Part shown: positions 13,480 to 25,128 of the stretch, piece by piece
Numbering within the stretch: position 1 is the first letter of the stretch
Layout: the number at the start of each line of letters is the position of its first letter
Origin: Azolla caroliniana
Lineage: Eukaryota > Plantae > Polypodiophyta
Direction of reading: 5' to 3'
DNA: 64,000 nt
Assembly (NCBI GenBank): GCA_043228905.1
Contig: JBHGNT010000008.1
Location: 4,464,001 to 4,528,000, forward strand
Made by a program: the position numbers and the translations under genes
Notes under the pieces: model-generated
What the model was told of the DNA's origin: nothing
The model's input: the letters and a program-made list of their open reading frames with translations, nothing else
Databases searched by the model: none

Positions 13480-14111
13480 CATAGATTGACATATTCGCAT
13501 TCATGGGGATTCCCATTCAAATGCAAACGAATACGAATACGAATGGGTAATCAAGTATTCGTTTTACCCCCTCCCCCCCCAAAAAAAACGATTTTTTTAA
13601 AAAAATTACTAAGATAAAAAAAAGGAACTTAACAATAAATAGGTATAATAAAAGAGGGACTTTGGGAACTTGACACTACTAAATTTTTATAATAAATGTA
13701 TAGTCGTTTTATTTTTAATAAATAAATAAATAAAATAAAATAAAGGCTCATTAATCTCTCACTTTTTATTTCCTCAAAATTTATGGATAATTTTATCTTG
13801 ACATTAAAAATGGTACTTCAAACTAATCATATCTTCAAAGTTCATACTAATCATATTTGTATAATAAATATAAAAGTATTCGTTTTAAAAAAATTAATTA
13901 ATTAAAATAAGTTTCATAAACTCTCTTGACACTATAATCTATTAATGAATAATTGTTTTTTTTTAGTTAAATACATTTATTTAAATAAATAAATAATTTT
14001 TTATATTTATTTTACAAAACGAATGGTTTTTTAATATTCTTGGGGCCATTTTGTATTCTCGAATATTGCGCATGGAGAATATCACGAATATCACGCATGT
14101 GTCAATCTATG
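13480..14111. mobile_element. hAT-type MITE (632 bp) nested in the non-autonomous LTR element
   Basis: TIR CATAGATTGACA / TGTCAATCTATG. 8-bp TSD ATCATAAT at 13472-13479 and 14112-14119. CGAATA subterminal motifs, AT-rich core. Confidence 0.9.
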
Positions 14112-14150
14112 ATCATAATCTTTCTTTGACCGGAACTTCCATTGGTCCTC

Positions 14151-14371
14151 TCAACGATCGACTCCCTCGATCGGAGCGCTTGACTCAAACATCTGTGTTG
14201 GTCAGCGAATCTTCATCGACACGAACATTCTCGTTTTGTCGTTCACAAACTTCAGTAACATCAATGATCGACTCCCTCGATCGGAGCACTTGACTCGAAC
14301 ATCTCCGTCGGTCAGCGAATCTTCATTGACACAAACATTCCCGTTCTGTCGGTTCACGAACTTCGGTAACA
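14151..14371 (+). repeat. Two tandem copies of a 110-bp unit
   Basis: TCAA(C/T)GATCGACTCCCTCGATCGGAGC...AACTTC(A/G)GTAACA starting at 14151 and 14261. Confidence 0.9.
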
Positions 14372-16241
14372 TCATTTGTATGTATGCGTGTTCTTCTTTG
14401 TATCTTGTGAGTCGTGTGTGGATCGCGTTCATTTCTTTTAGATTCATGCATTTTTGAAATTCCGTAGGTGCCCTTTGATTTTTAAATTTTTAATTATGTA
14501 CCCTTATGTTTATGAAATCTGCTCGTTATACCCTCATGTATCTAGAATTCCAACAGTGCCCTTAGGTTTGTTTTTCAAAATTTCTTGGATGTCCTTAGTT
14601 TCCAAATTCCTAGGATGCTCCGTATGGTTCTCTTTTTCCCTCTCTCTTTTCTATTTCATCTTCCTCTCTTTCCTCATTTCTTTTCTTTTCGTGTCTGTTG
14701 GTCTTTTTCTACCTGCTTGTGTCAAATTGTGTTTTCTTCTTCTTTTCCTCTGTCTTTCTCTTTGACTCCATCTTCTTGTCTGTCTATCTCTCTCCTTCCA
14801 TCTCTGTTCTTTCATATTCCTTTCTTTCTTCTCCTTGCTTTCTTCTTACGCCTTGTCTTTCTTCTCTTCTTCGGTCGTTCTTCCTCCTCTATCAGTTTCT
14901 TCTTATTTTCTTATTTTCTTCTTCTTTCTTTTCTAAGTCCGCCTTTGGTGGTTGTCGCCTCTGTCCATGGTCTCTGTCTCTCTGTTCAGTTCCTCCTACC
15001 ACTCCATCTCTGTCTCCGGCGCCATTATCGTCTCCATCTCCATCTTCTTTCTTCTTCTGCTCCCCTTGTTTGACATTGTGTGTTGTCTTCCATTCGCCTA
15101 TTCAGATGTCTCTTCGGCCATCCTATATGGTCGTTTTGATTCGTCTGTTTTGGCTGTTGTTACGGTCGTCGTCGTCCTTCTCTGTTGGGTTCATTCCGTT
15201 CATCATTAGGCAGTTCTCTGTCCAGCCCGTCTAGCCACTCCGACCGCTGTTGTCGTCCTTGTCTGGCCGTCTCTGTTTTCCATGACTGTGCATTTCGGCT
15301 GTCATCTCCATCGTTGTCCGGCTTTTGTACTAGCATTTGTCTGGCCGTCGGTTTTTGTTTAGCCACACTATCTAGCCACTCCAACCGCTCTAACTGTTGT
15401 CCGGCTACTCTTCAACCGTTGTCCAGCCATTTCGGCCGCTCTTCAGTTGTTATCTGGCCATTCCAACCGCACTCCGACCGCTCCCACTGTTGGTTCATTT
15501 TTCTGGCCATTGGTCATTCTATCTACCGCCCTTTCTCTTTGTCACCATCATCTCTGGCGAACCCTTCGTTTTTCCGTCTTGTTGTCTGATGCTCCTTGTT
15601 CTTCTTTGGTGTTCTCCCATCTCCTTCTATTTGTTGTTGATGATTTTAGCAATGGTGACCCTAATGATTATGATTACAATGAAGAATGACCGCACATTCT
15701 AATTCCTTCATATGCATCATCTTGGAGATCATGGTTTATGAACAAACGATGTTTATTATGAGTGCCACCATGATATGAATCATGCTCACATGCGTTATGG
15801 CGGTTAATGTAGGTGTTAGTATCAGGGTTAGTATAAGGGCCAGAGGCACGCACTTGGGGTTAGTACACAAAGAGTTTGGGCTAAACTTATAAGGCCCATG
15901 GGTGTAGGAGAAACTAGGGCTAGGGTATCTAGTGCAAGGAATGGTAGAGGAGTTAGGGTTAGGAAAACATGAACAAAAAATGGGTTTAGGGTTACAGGAG
16001 TAGTGATTATCCAAAGACAAAAAATGATGATAATGATGATGATAATGCTCGGAGACATCATCAATCTACCATTTTCATCATTTCTCGCACATTTCTTGTA
16101 CATTGTCGGTTTTATTTATTGCTCTCTCGCACATACTTCTACCGCATATCATTCCGTGAGTTCCTCTCGCACATCATACTGCCATGGATCATTCATCAAC
16201 TCCATCTCCAAAGGGGGATCGCCTTAGTGGTCACCAAAAGG

Positions 16242-16668
16242 TGTTATACGTTTTTAGGGTTAGGGTTAATATTTATGATAAAGATAGACATGGTGAGTGT
16301 GATGATAGCAATGGAGATGGTGATCGGTGCGGAATGTGCATTGAGAAGCATTGTGGGGTAGGGGGTTGTGCCTAGAATGGCTCCACCCCCCTCCCAAGGG
16401 GGTTCAACGTAAGGAGAGAGAAATGATCATTGTATTCATTCATTCCCCATAAGGGGAACTTAAATAGGTACAAAGGGTTAGATACACAAGGGTGTAAGAC
16501 CTTTGGCCTTCACACCTAACCACTCACTCACACCTCTTTGTATCCACCACACGCACACTTACATTCACACTCATAATCGTATAACATTACACATACATAT
16601 CAACACATTACATCTTTCACACTCACTTATCACAGTTATCAATCACCCGTACATCTCATACGGTAACA
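16242..16668 (+). repeat. 3' LTR (427 bp)
   Basis: TGTTATACGTTTTTAGGGTTAGGGTT...CATACGGTAACA, colinear with 13003-13418. Confidence 0.9.
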
Positions 16669-17395
16669 GTTTTGAATGATCAAATGGCTACCGATTATGC
16701 TCGACATACACATCAAGAAATGGTTATGGTGCAATTAGATTTGGAAAAAGCATATGATCATGTTAATTGGTCTTTCCTCTCAGGTGTGATGTATAATATG
16801 GGGTTTGGTCCTCGTATGTGTCGACTTATCTTTTTGCTAGGGCCAAATGCGACCTCGCGTGTGATGCTTAATGGCGGAGTTACTCCAAAAGTGTTTCTTA
16901 CTAGATCCGTGCGGCAAGAATGTCCACGAAGCCCATTGTTATTTGCTATTGTTACACATCCTTTGTTAGTAATGTTGTCAAATCTTGCGGCTAATGGTGA
17001 TATTGTGGGTTTGCATCTTCCTTCTGGTAGACAATTGGTGGCACAAGCATTGGCTGATGATTCTTTTATGTTTTTACAAGCCTCAAAAGGAAATCTTGAA
17101 AGGAGTATGCGAGTTTGGATCAATTTACTTTGGCTTCAGGGTCGTATATAAATTGGAGGAAGTCTCGCCTTATTTCTTGTACAGAGAGTGATTTGAAATG
17201 TTTGGGATGGCGAGGGTTAGTGATTACACGAGGATCAATTTATCGACATTTGGGTTATCCATTGTGTGTTGATGTTACAAATGTTCAATTGATTGATTGG
17301 ATTGGTATTAAATTGAAGGACAAATTTATGTATTGGAAGTCTCAATTATGGCCCTTTCATGTACGACTCAAAGTGGTGCAATGTATCTTGATACC

Positions 17396-17582
17396 TGTTG
17401 TAGGTTTTAGGGTTAGGGTTAGTGATAATTATTATAAAGATAGACATGGTGAGTGTGATGATAGCAATGGAGATGGTGATCGGTGCGGGATGTGCATTGA
17501 GAAGCATTACATATCAACACATTACATCTTTCACTCTCACTTATCACAATTATCAATCACCCGTACATCTCGTACGGTAACA
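17396..17582 (+). mobile_element. Internally deleted solo LTR (187 bp) of the same non-autonomous family, TSD ATACC
   Basis: TGTTGTAGGTTTTAGGGTTAGGGTTAG...CGTACGGTAACA. ATACC at 17391-17395 and 17583-17587. Confidence 0.92.
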
Positions 17583-20382
17583 ATACCCATGTTATTATAT
17601 TTTTTGTCTTTACTACCTTGGACTAAAAAGGCAGTACAAAACATTTTACAACCTATTCAGTTCATGTTATGGCGGAAGGGATAAATGATGGGAGTTACAT
17701 GGATTTCATGGGACCGTTTGGCTACTCTTAAAAGGTTCGGTGGTGCAGCAATATTGGATTTGGAAAGACATTTGATGGCTCGTAAATTTGCATTATTACA
17801 AGATGTATGTCAACAAGATCAACCATGGATATGTATGATGCAATATTTTATTGAGCATGAAGGATTAGTGCACGGGAAACCAAAGATTCAAGCATCCTGG
17901 TGGTCATTAGTCAATGGAAGTATTCCTCTAAAGATTCAACATTCTGTATGTGGGAAACATTTGGTAAGATCGTGGCAAGTTGCATTATCTCTTTTTGAAT
18001 GGGGACCATCAAGTGATCGAGAATATTGTAATTCATTACAAAATGAATTGCTTGTTTCTTCTCGAGTGTTGTTTTGGCATGGGAAAGAGAAGTTGAGATC
18101 CCAATTCAATCGTTTATTTTGATTGGGGATTGTACATTTGGAAGATGTGGTTGATAACGAATCTCAATGGTGGTCAGATTTTGAAGATGTCAAGCGATGG
18201 TTATGTATTCTCCCAAATTATGGATTTATTTAGGAGAAATTACAAGATATACCATTGTTGCAAGGATCTTTGCCATTGAAAACAAATTTTGCACCTTGGG
18301 TGGATTGGTGGTTACAAGATGGTACACCCTTGTTACAGGTCACTACAAATATATTGTATCATCATGTGATGGCATCATTACCTTGGCTATTTCCAAAAGC
18401 AACAAAGTTGTGGAATGTATGTAAGTCAGATGCAAGGTGGTAGAAAATATTACAACATAGTTGGCATTCCCATCTACCATTTTGTGCAAAGGTATTCATA
18501 TGGAGAGTCATGATTGGTGGGCTCCCATTACGTTCAGCCTTAAAGAGACAAGGACTAGGGTCCGGCACTTGTTTCTTTTGCACCGTTCCATTAGAGGATA
18601 GTACACATAGGTTCATTAAATGTCCTATAGCATGTACCATTTGGAATTACTTATCAGACATTTGGCAAGTTTTAACCCGTTGTTGTTTGAGACCTCAACA
18701 ATGGGTTTTTTCTCAATATGTTCAAAATGGTTCAAATGATGAGATGGAGATATTGTTCCAATTTTTACGTTATTGGGGTCTACAACACAATTGGAATATG
18801 CGTAATGCTTTCATGTTTGATAATAGACATGGGGTGAAAGCCTATATAAAGAAGCTTAAAGGTATTCTCATGTGGAATTTTTGGATGTTAGAGCGTGTGG
18901 GGATCATTTCCTCAAATGCATATTCAGGTTTTTTAATAGCATTACAGAACGTCCCTCTCCCTACATATGCATATGCTAGGTAGAGGAGACTAAGAAGTGT
19001 TGTAACTAAGTGGATTTTACATACAATTAATATAATTGTGTGCTTTTACCAAGAGAGAGAGAGAGAAAGAAAGATATATTAACGTCTTCTAAGGCCAAAA
19101 TTGGCCCATAAGACAAATGGTTTACAAAAAAATGGGATATTTACCCATTCACCGAAAGTAAAAATAAAAATAAGATAAAAATAGAGTTTAAGCTAAATAG
19201 TTCTAAGAAAATAACAAAACTGTTCTATATAAAAAAACATGTTCTACAATGAAAATGATGTTAAACTAGGCCTAATTTCATTTCCATCCAAGTCTCTCGA
19301 AGAGAAGCGAGAGGTCAAAGGGTTGTGATGTGAATGTGGCCCGTGGTCCCAATGTAAAAGATACCCCAACCATAGCTTCTAGTCGACGTAGCTCACATTC
19401 CCTTATCTTCTTAATCTTTTCTACTCCACGTCGACTTGTTTTGAAGCCCAACATCCGAGGGCATTTGGTTGTTCTTTGCATTTCTGCTTCCTCAAGGGAG
19501 AGACCGAGCGGCGTAAGTGTATCCACATTCATCGGCTCCCCTTGTTCCTAAAAAATTACACTAGTTACATGTTGATGAATAGTAAAAGGGTTATGGTTAA
19601 CACTTTGTAATTTATTCTCCCTATATTGTTTTAGTTCTAAGATATACCTACCTAGTCTCTTTACACTCAGGGTATCTAATAGTTTGGAGAGGGTGGGAGA
19701 GGGTCCTAATATGTCTTGGTATTCCGCCTGTATCTCGGCATAAGTTGGGCACTTGCATGTGAAGTGATACTCATCATCTATCTCTATATGGCATAACCTA
19801 CATAGCCTTTCCTCTCTAGGGACTCTATTAGCCCAACCATTCTCAATCTCAAGTTGGTGAGATGATATCCTAAGTTGTCCAATGGCCACCCTTAGTGCAT
19901 TTGATAAGAATGTATCTAGATATCTTGGTCGTGTAATAAAACCTAACTTAGAGAAGTGCAAGAAGTGTTCCTTATAGTACAACATTTTCGATGGGAGTGG
20001 CTCTCGTGAGGTGATCCATTTATATCGAGTGTAAATTTGCCATATTTCTTGGCGTATCACTTTATTACGATCTTCATGAGAGATTAGAGTTTGACCAGTC
20101 CCATGGTTGTACTTAAGAGGAGGTTGGTTATTATTGTCTATGCCATTTGCAAGTAACCAACTCACCACAATGCTATACCAAGAGCTAGTGTCTCTAGACG
20201 CATGTAGGGATCGGGATGCCTCAAAGGCTCGATGGGATATCCTATCTTGTAGTTGACTATGTATCCTATGAATAAAAACTACCACTTGAAAGAGTGCTTC
20301 TACTAACATCGGGGGTAGACTGAACTCTGCTCTAATAATGTCATGTGGTACTGTCAATTTGCTTCAGAGTTGACGTGATAAC

Positions 20383-21026
20383 TATTGGGAGACAGGTCCC
20401 TCCGGATGGGAAGGGAGAAGAACAGTGCCGACGAACAAACTCGGCCGAGGCCGAAACGGTATGATGAGTACCCGACTACGGAGAGCCGGATGATACAGGC
20501 CCGGTGTGAACCGGATGAGGAGTACCCGGCTACGGAGAGCCGGATGATACAGGCCCAGTATGAACCGGAGGAAGAGACATATTCGTAAATATGTTTCTGA
20601 GAGTCCATCGAGGCTACATTTGTAAATAGCCGAAAAGTCATATTAGTATAAATATGACTTAGGGCAAACTAAGTAGTAGGTTGTTGTCATTTTTCTTGTT
20701 GGTGCAAGAAAAGAGAGAGTGCGTAACTGTACAGAGAGAGAGAGAGAGACGAGGTTGTTGCCTCTGTTGTAACCGCCGCCTATGGCGAAGATCGTGAGTC
20801 CGAGGTCGTTGCCTCCGTGTACTCACTGTTTTGTACATTCATACATAGTGACAGTTTGCAGCCTGTGGGTTGCCATAGTTTTTTCCCCTAGTTTGGGGTT
20901 TTCCACGTTAACCTCCTGTGTACCATTTCTCTTCTTTGTGTCGTGTTCAACTTCCCGTTTTCTGTGTATGAAAAGAATCTCGGCTGTGGCCGAGTCTTGC
21001 GCATAAGGAATGAAAAGTTCCCGTCA
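20383..21026 (+). repeat. Copia 5' LTR (644 bp; two 54-bp units)
   Basis: TATTGGGAGAC...CCCGTCA; the initial TG has mutated to TA. Confidence 0.95.
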
Positions 21027-21028
21027 AG

Positions 21029-21040
21029 TGGTATCAGAGC
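21029..21040 (+). promoter_or_regulatory. PBS for initiator tRNA-Met
   Basis: TGGTATCAGAGC, 2 nt after the LTR. Confidence 0.95.
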
Positions 21041-21056
21041 GAAATCGACACAGAAA

Positions 21057-24000
21057 ATGGACGAATCGTTTGGCGGCATGTTCAAGCTCACCGGCTCCAA
21101 CTATTCAGTGTGGAAGTCGAAGATGAGGGACATGCTCGTGGTTAAAGACCTCTGGCTGCCGGTTCAGTTCGGGGACAAGAGACCGGACAAAATCGACGCC
21201 GCGATATGGGAGGTGATGCACATGAAGACAACAGCGTACATACGGTGCTTCATCGACATGAGCCTATACAACAACTTCAATGAAGAGAGCAAGGCTCATG
21301 AGCTCTGGGAGAAGATCGGCATAATGTTCCAGAACAAAAATGTTGTCAATCAGGTGTCGGTATTCCGGAAGCTAGTAAGACTCCGGTACCAAGATGGCTC
21401 CAGCATGGCGGAGCACATGAATGCCTTCTAGGGGCTGATACACCAGGCAACATCATTGGAAGTACCTCTTGCCGACGAGGTACTAGCGCTACTCCTGCTC
21501 GGTTCCCTCCCGGATAGCTGGGAGACGTTGGTTGTCACTTTGGGCAACGTCGGGCCGGAAGGAAAACGGTTATCCCTAGCAAGAGTAAAGTCGAGCTTGC
21601 TAGATGAGGAGGCGCGTCGGAAGGATAAAGATACGAGCTCCAACTCCAAAGCGCTCCTTACCGAATCGGAACGCGGAAGACATAGAAACCGTAGTCCTCA
21701 GAACCGGGAGAAGTCGGGGACACGGTCAAAGTCAAGGGGGAGGCCTACTTGCTTCTATTGCGGCAAGCCGGGACACTTCCAAAAGAACTATCGGCATTTC
21801 CGTAAAGACAAGGAAACCGACGGTACCGATTCGAAGCAAACCCCGGACCGGAATGGTAAAGACCGAAACGGTAAAGACCGGAGGGGGCCGGACCGGAAGG
21901 GAACGACGGCAATCGCGGCAAGTGAAGAAGAGTTGATGCTCATCACCGAGGAGTGTGAGATAAACCTTGCCGGCGACGAGATGACCTGGGTGGTAGACTC
22001 TGGAGCATCGTTCCACCTTACCCCAGACCGGAAATGCTTCTCATCCTACTCAGCTGGTGATCACGGCTGTGTCCGGATGGGGAACGAAGGTACATGCCGA
22101 ATTGTCGGCATAGGAGACGTGTGGCTGACAACACCAACCGGATGCAAGTTGCTGCTGAAGGATGTCCGACACGTTCCGGAAGTTCGTCTGAACCTGATAT
22201 CAGCCGGTCGGCTAGATGATGAAGGCTACACGGGTAGCATCCGGAACGGTGTCATGAAGTTCAGCAAAGGGAGCCTGATTGTGGCTCGGGCCCGGAAGGT
22301 AAACACGTTGTACCTGATGAATGCCCGGTTATGTCCAGAAGAAGTGAACGTAGCATCCGACACTGCCGGTGAGTTGTGGCACAAGAGGTTGTGTCATATG
22401 AGCCAGAAGGGGATGAAGAGGCTTGCAGACGACAACCTCATTCCAGTGAAGAACGCGCACTTAGAGAAGTGCACTGATTGTCTGGCCGGTAAGCAGAACC
22501 GAACCTCCTTCCGACCAAGGCCACCAATGAGACGTAATGCACCACTGGAGTTGGTGCATACGGATGTGTGTCAAGTAGACACGAAGTCACATGCCGGAGC
22601 GCAGTACTTCGTGACGTTCATAGATGACCACAGCCGGAAGCTGTGGGCCACACCGCTGAAGACGAAGGATCAGGTGTTATCCTTCTTCAAAGAGCTCCAC
22701 GCGAGAGTGGAAAGAGAAATCGGCCGGTAGCTGAAGGCGGTTCGAGCAAACAACGGAGGAGAATACCGGGGGTAGTTCGAGGAGTACTGTCGCTCGAAGG
22801 GAATCCGGCTCGAATTTACCATGCCGAAGACACCGGAACTAAACGGAATGGCCGAGAGGATGAACCGGACCATAATGGAGAGGGTCCGGAGTATGCTAGC
22901 GCATGCAAAACTACCCAAGAAGTTTTGGGCTGAGGCACTGTCGACGGCGACATACGTGATAAATAGATCACCCTCAGTACCCTTGGACGGAGACACGCCA
23001 CAGAGAGTGTGGACCGGTAAGGAAGTATCCTACCGGCATCTGAAGGTGTTCGGGTGTCTTGCGTACGTGCATGTAGCTAAGGACCGGAGAGGAAAGCTAG
23101 ATCCAAAGACCCGGCCATGCATATTCCTCGGTTACGGTGACGATGAGTTCGGCTACCGAGTGTGGGACCCGATCGACAAGAAGGTATTCCGGAGTCGAGA
23201 TATTATCTTCATGGAGGACAAGACGCTCGCCGACTGGGAGTCGGAGAAGAAGATAATGAACTCCGAGTCGACCGGTAAGGATAGACTCTACGATGAGCAG
23301 ACCCAACCGGCAAGACACCGGTTAGAACTCGAGGAACCAACCGGTTACGGTGAGTATACCGAACCGGCAGATGAAGAGGTAGAGGAAGCTGAGACCGGAA
23401 CCGGCCAAGACTCCGAATCGGATTCGGATGAAGAGCAAATGGAGGAGCTGGTTACCAAAGCCCGAAGACGGAGATATCCTCTCAGAGAGAGAAGGGCTGC
23501 CCGGAGATTTCCGGATGCAGAGCATGTTCTGCTGACCGATGAGGGGGAGCCGGAAAGCTTCGAAGAAGTGAAGGATGACACCCACAGACAAAAATGGTTA
23601 AGTGCCATGCAGGACGAGATGGATTCCCTGCATGAGAACCATACATACGAATTAGTGGAGTTGCCGAAAGGAAAGCGGGCACTCCGAAATAAGTGGGTGT
23701 ACAAGTTGAAACCGGGAGATGCCGGAAACCCCCCGAGATACAAAGCCAAGATCGTGGTGAAGGGGTTCCAGCAGAAGAAGGGCGTGGACTTCGACGAGAT
23801 ATTTGCCCCGGTAGTAAAGATGACCTCCATCCGGACAGTGCTGAGTATAGCAGCAAGCATGGACCTCGAGGTAGAGCAGTTGGACGTGAAGACGGCATTC
23901 CTTCACGGCGACCTCGAAGAGGAGATCTACATGCAGCAACCGGAAGGATTTGTGGAGAAAGGGAAGGAGCACCTGGTATGTCGGTTGAAGAAGAGCCTGT

Positions 24001-25118
24001 ACGAACTTAAGCAGGCTCCCCGGCAATGGTACCGGAAGTTCGACTCCTTCATGACCGATCAAGGGTACCACAAGACACAGGCTGATCACTGCGTGTTTGT
24101 GAAGAAGTTCGAAGGAGGCGACTTCTTGATACTCCTCCTATACGTGGATGACATGTTGATCGTCGGACGTGACCAAGTCAAAATACGGATGTTGAAGAAG
24201 GCTCTCAACCGGACCTTCTCAATGAAAGACTTGGGTCCGGAAAGACAGATGTTGGGGATGCACATCATTCGGGACCGGTTAAAGAAGCAACTATGGCTGT
24301 CACAGGAGAAGTATGTGACAAAGGTGCTTCACCGGTTCAACATGTCAGAAGCGAAACCAGTCGGATCGACACTTCTGGCAAACTGCAGGCTATCCGGCAA
24401 GCAAAGCCCGAAGACGAAAGCAGAGAAGGCGGATATGATGAAGATCCCATATGCCTCTGCCGTTGGGAGCTTGATGTACGCAATGGTTTGTACTCGACCG
24501 GATATTGGACACGCAGTCGGAGTGGTGAGCCGGTTCATGAGTAATCCCAACAAGGAGCACTGGAACGCAGTCAAATGGATACTCCGGTATTTGAAGGGCA
24601 CTTCAAATATGTGTCTCCGATTCGGCTCCGGAAAACCTCAACTGGACGGTTTCACCGATTTGGACATGTCGGCTGATGTGGATACCAGCCGGTCTACATC
24701 CGGGTATGTGATGACATATGCAGGGGGAGCTGTTTCGTGGCAGTCGAGGCTGCAGAAGACGGTTGCATTGTCAACCACAGAGGCGGAGTACATGGCGGTT
24801 GTGGAAGCCGGCAAGGAAATATTATGGATGGAGGACTTCATCGGAGAGCTCGGTATCCGGCAAGAGGAATATCGACTCTACTGCGATAGTCAAAGTGCCA
24901 TCAACCTTGCTAAGAATGCGGCCTACCATTCCCGGAGGAAGCATATCCAGCGGAGGTATCACTGGATCCGGGAAAGAGTAGATGACCAGGAGTTCGCACT
25001 GACGAAGATCCACACGACCAAGAACGGGTCAGATATGCTGACCAAAGTGTTGACACCCGACAAGCTGAACGCATGTCGTAAGAAGATCGGGCTGGTAAGA
25101 CACCCCATGCCGGAGTGA
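21057..25118 (+). pseudogene. Copia gag-protease-integrase-RT-RNase H polyprotein, one frame with three premature TAG stops
   Basis: LTGSNYSVW, CFYCGKPGH, WVVDSGAS, LWHKRLCH, VHTDVC...FIDDHSR, NGMAERMNRT, QLDVKTAFLHG, YVDDML, YCDSQSA. TAG at 21429, 22728, 22773. Confidence 0.96.
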
Positions 25119-25128
25119 AGGGGGAGTT
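25117..25128 (+). promoter_or_regulatory. Polypurine tract
   Basis: GAAGGGGGAGTT directly before TGTTGGG. Confidence 0.9.

Larger units (their letters stand above)
13003..16668 (+). mobile_element. Non-autonomous (LARD/TRIM-like) LTR retroelement with non-coding interior, 5-bp TSD GTTTT
   Basis: Direct repeats TGTT...TAACA at 13003-13418 and 16242-16668. TSD GTTTT at 12998-13002 and 16669-16673. Removal restores the L1 frame HNVLNDQMA. PBS follows the 5' LTR. No gag/pol motif seen. Confidence 0.9.
11325..18983 (+). pseudogene. L1 ORF2 (AP endonuclease - RT - zf-RVT), disrupted
   Basis: MKVVSWNVRG, MGDFN, WSRLDRMY, SNHFPI (APE). KSPGWDG, WRPISL, QYGFI, LDLEKAYDHVNW, SVRQECPRSP, LADDS, YRHLGYP (RT). 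CFFCTVPLEDSTHRFIKC (zf-RVT). Confidence 0.9.
9697..19052 (+). mobile_element. Near full-length decayed plant L1-clade LINE with two nested LTR insertions
   Basis: ORF1 with CCHC knuckle; ORF2 with APE, RT and zf-RVT motifs in the correct order; (GA)n tracts at both ends. The 5' boundary is inferred. Confidence 0.88.

Noticed and set aside
14454-15702. Overlapping F/L/S-rich ORFs resembling membrane proteins
   Set aside because: A by-product of the pyrimidine-rich strand, which lacks stop codons; no domain motifs.
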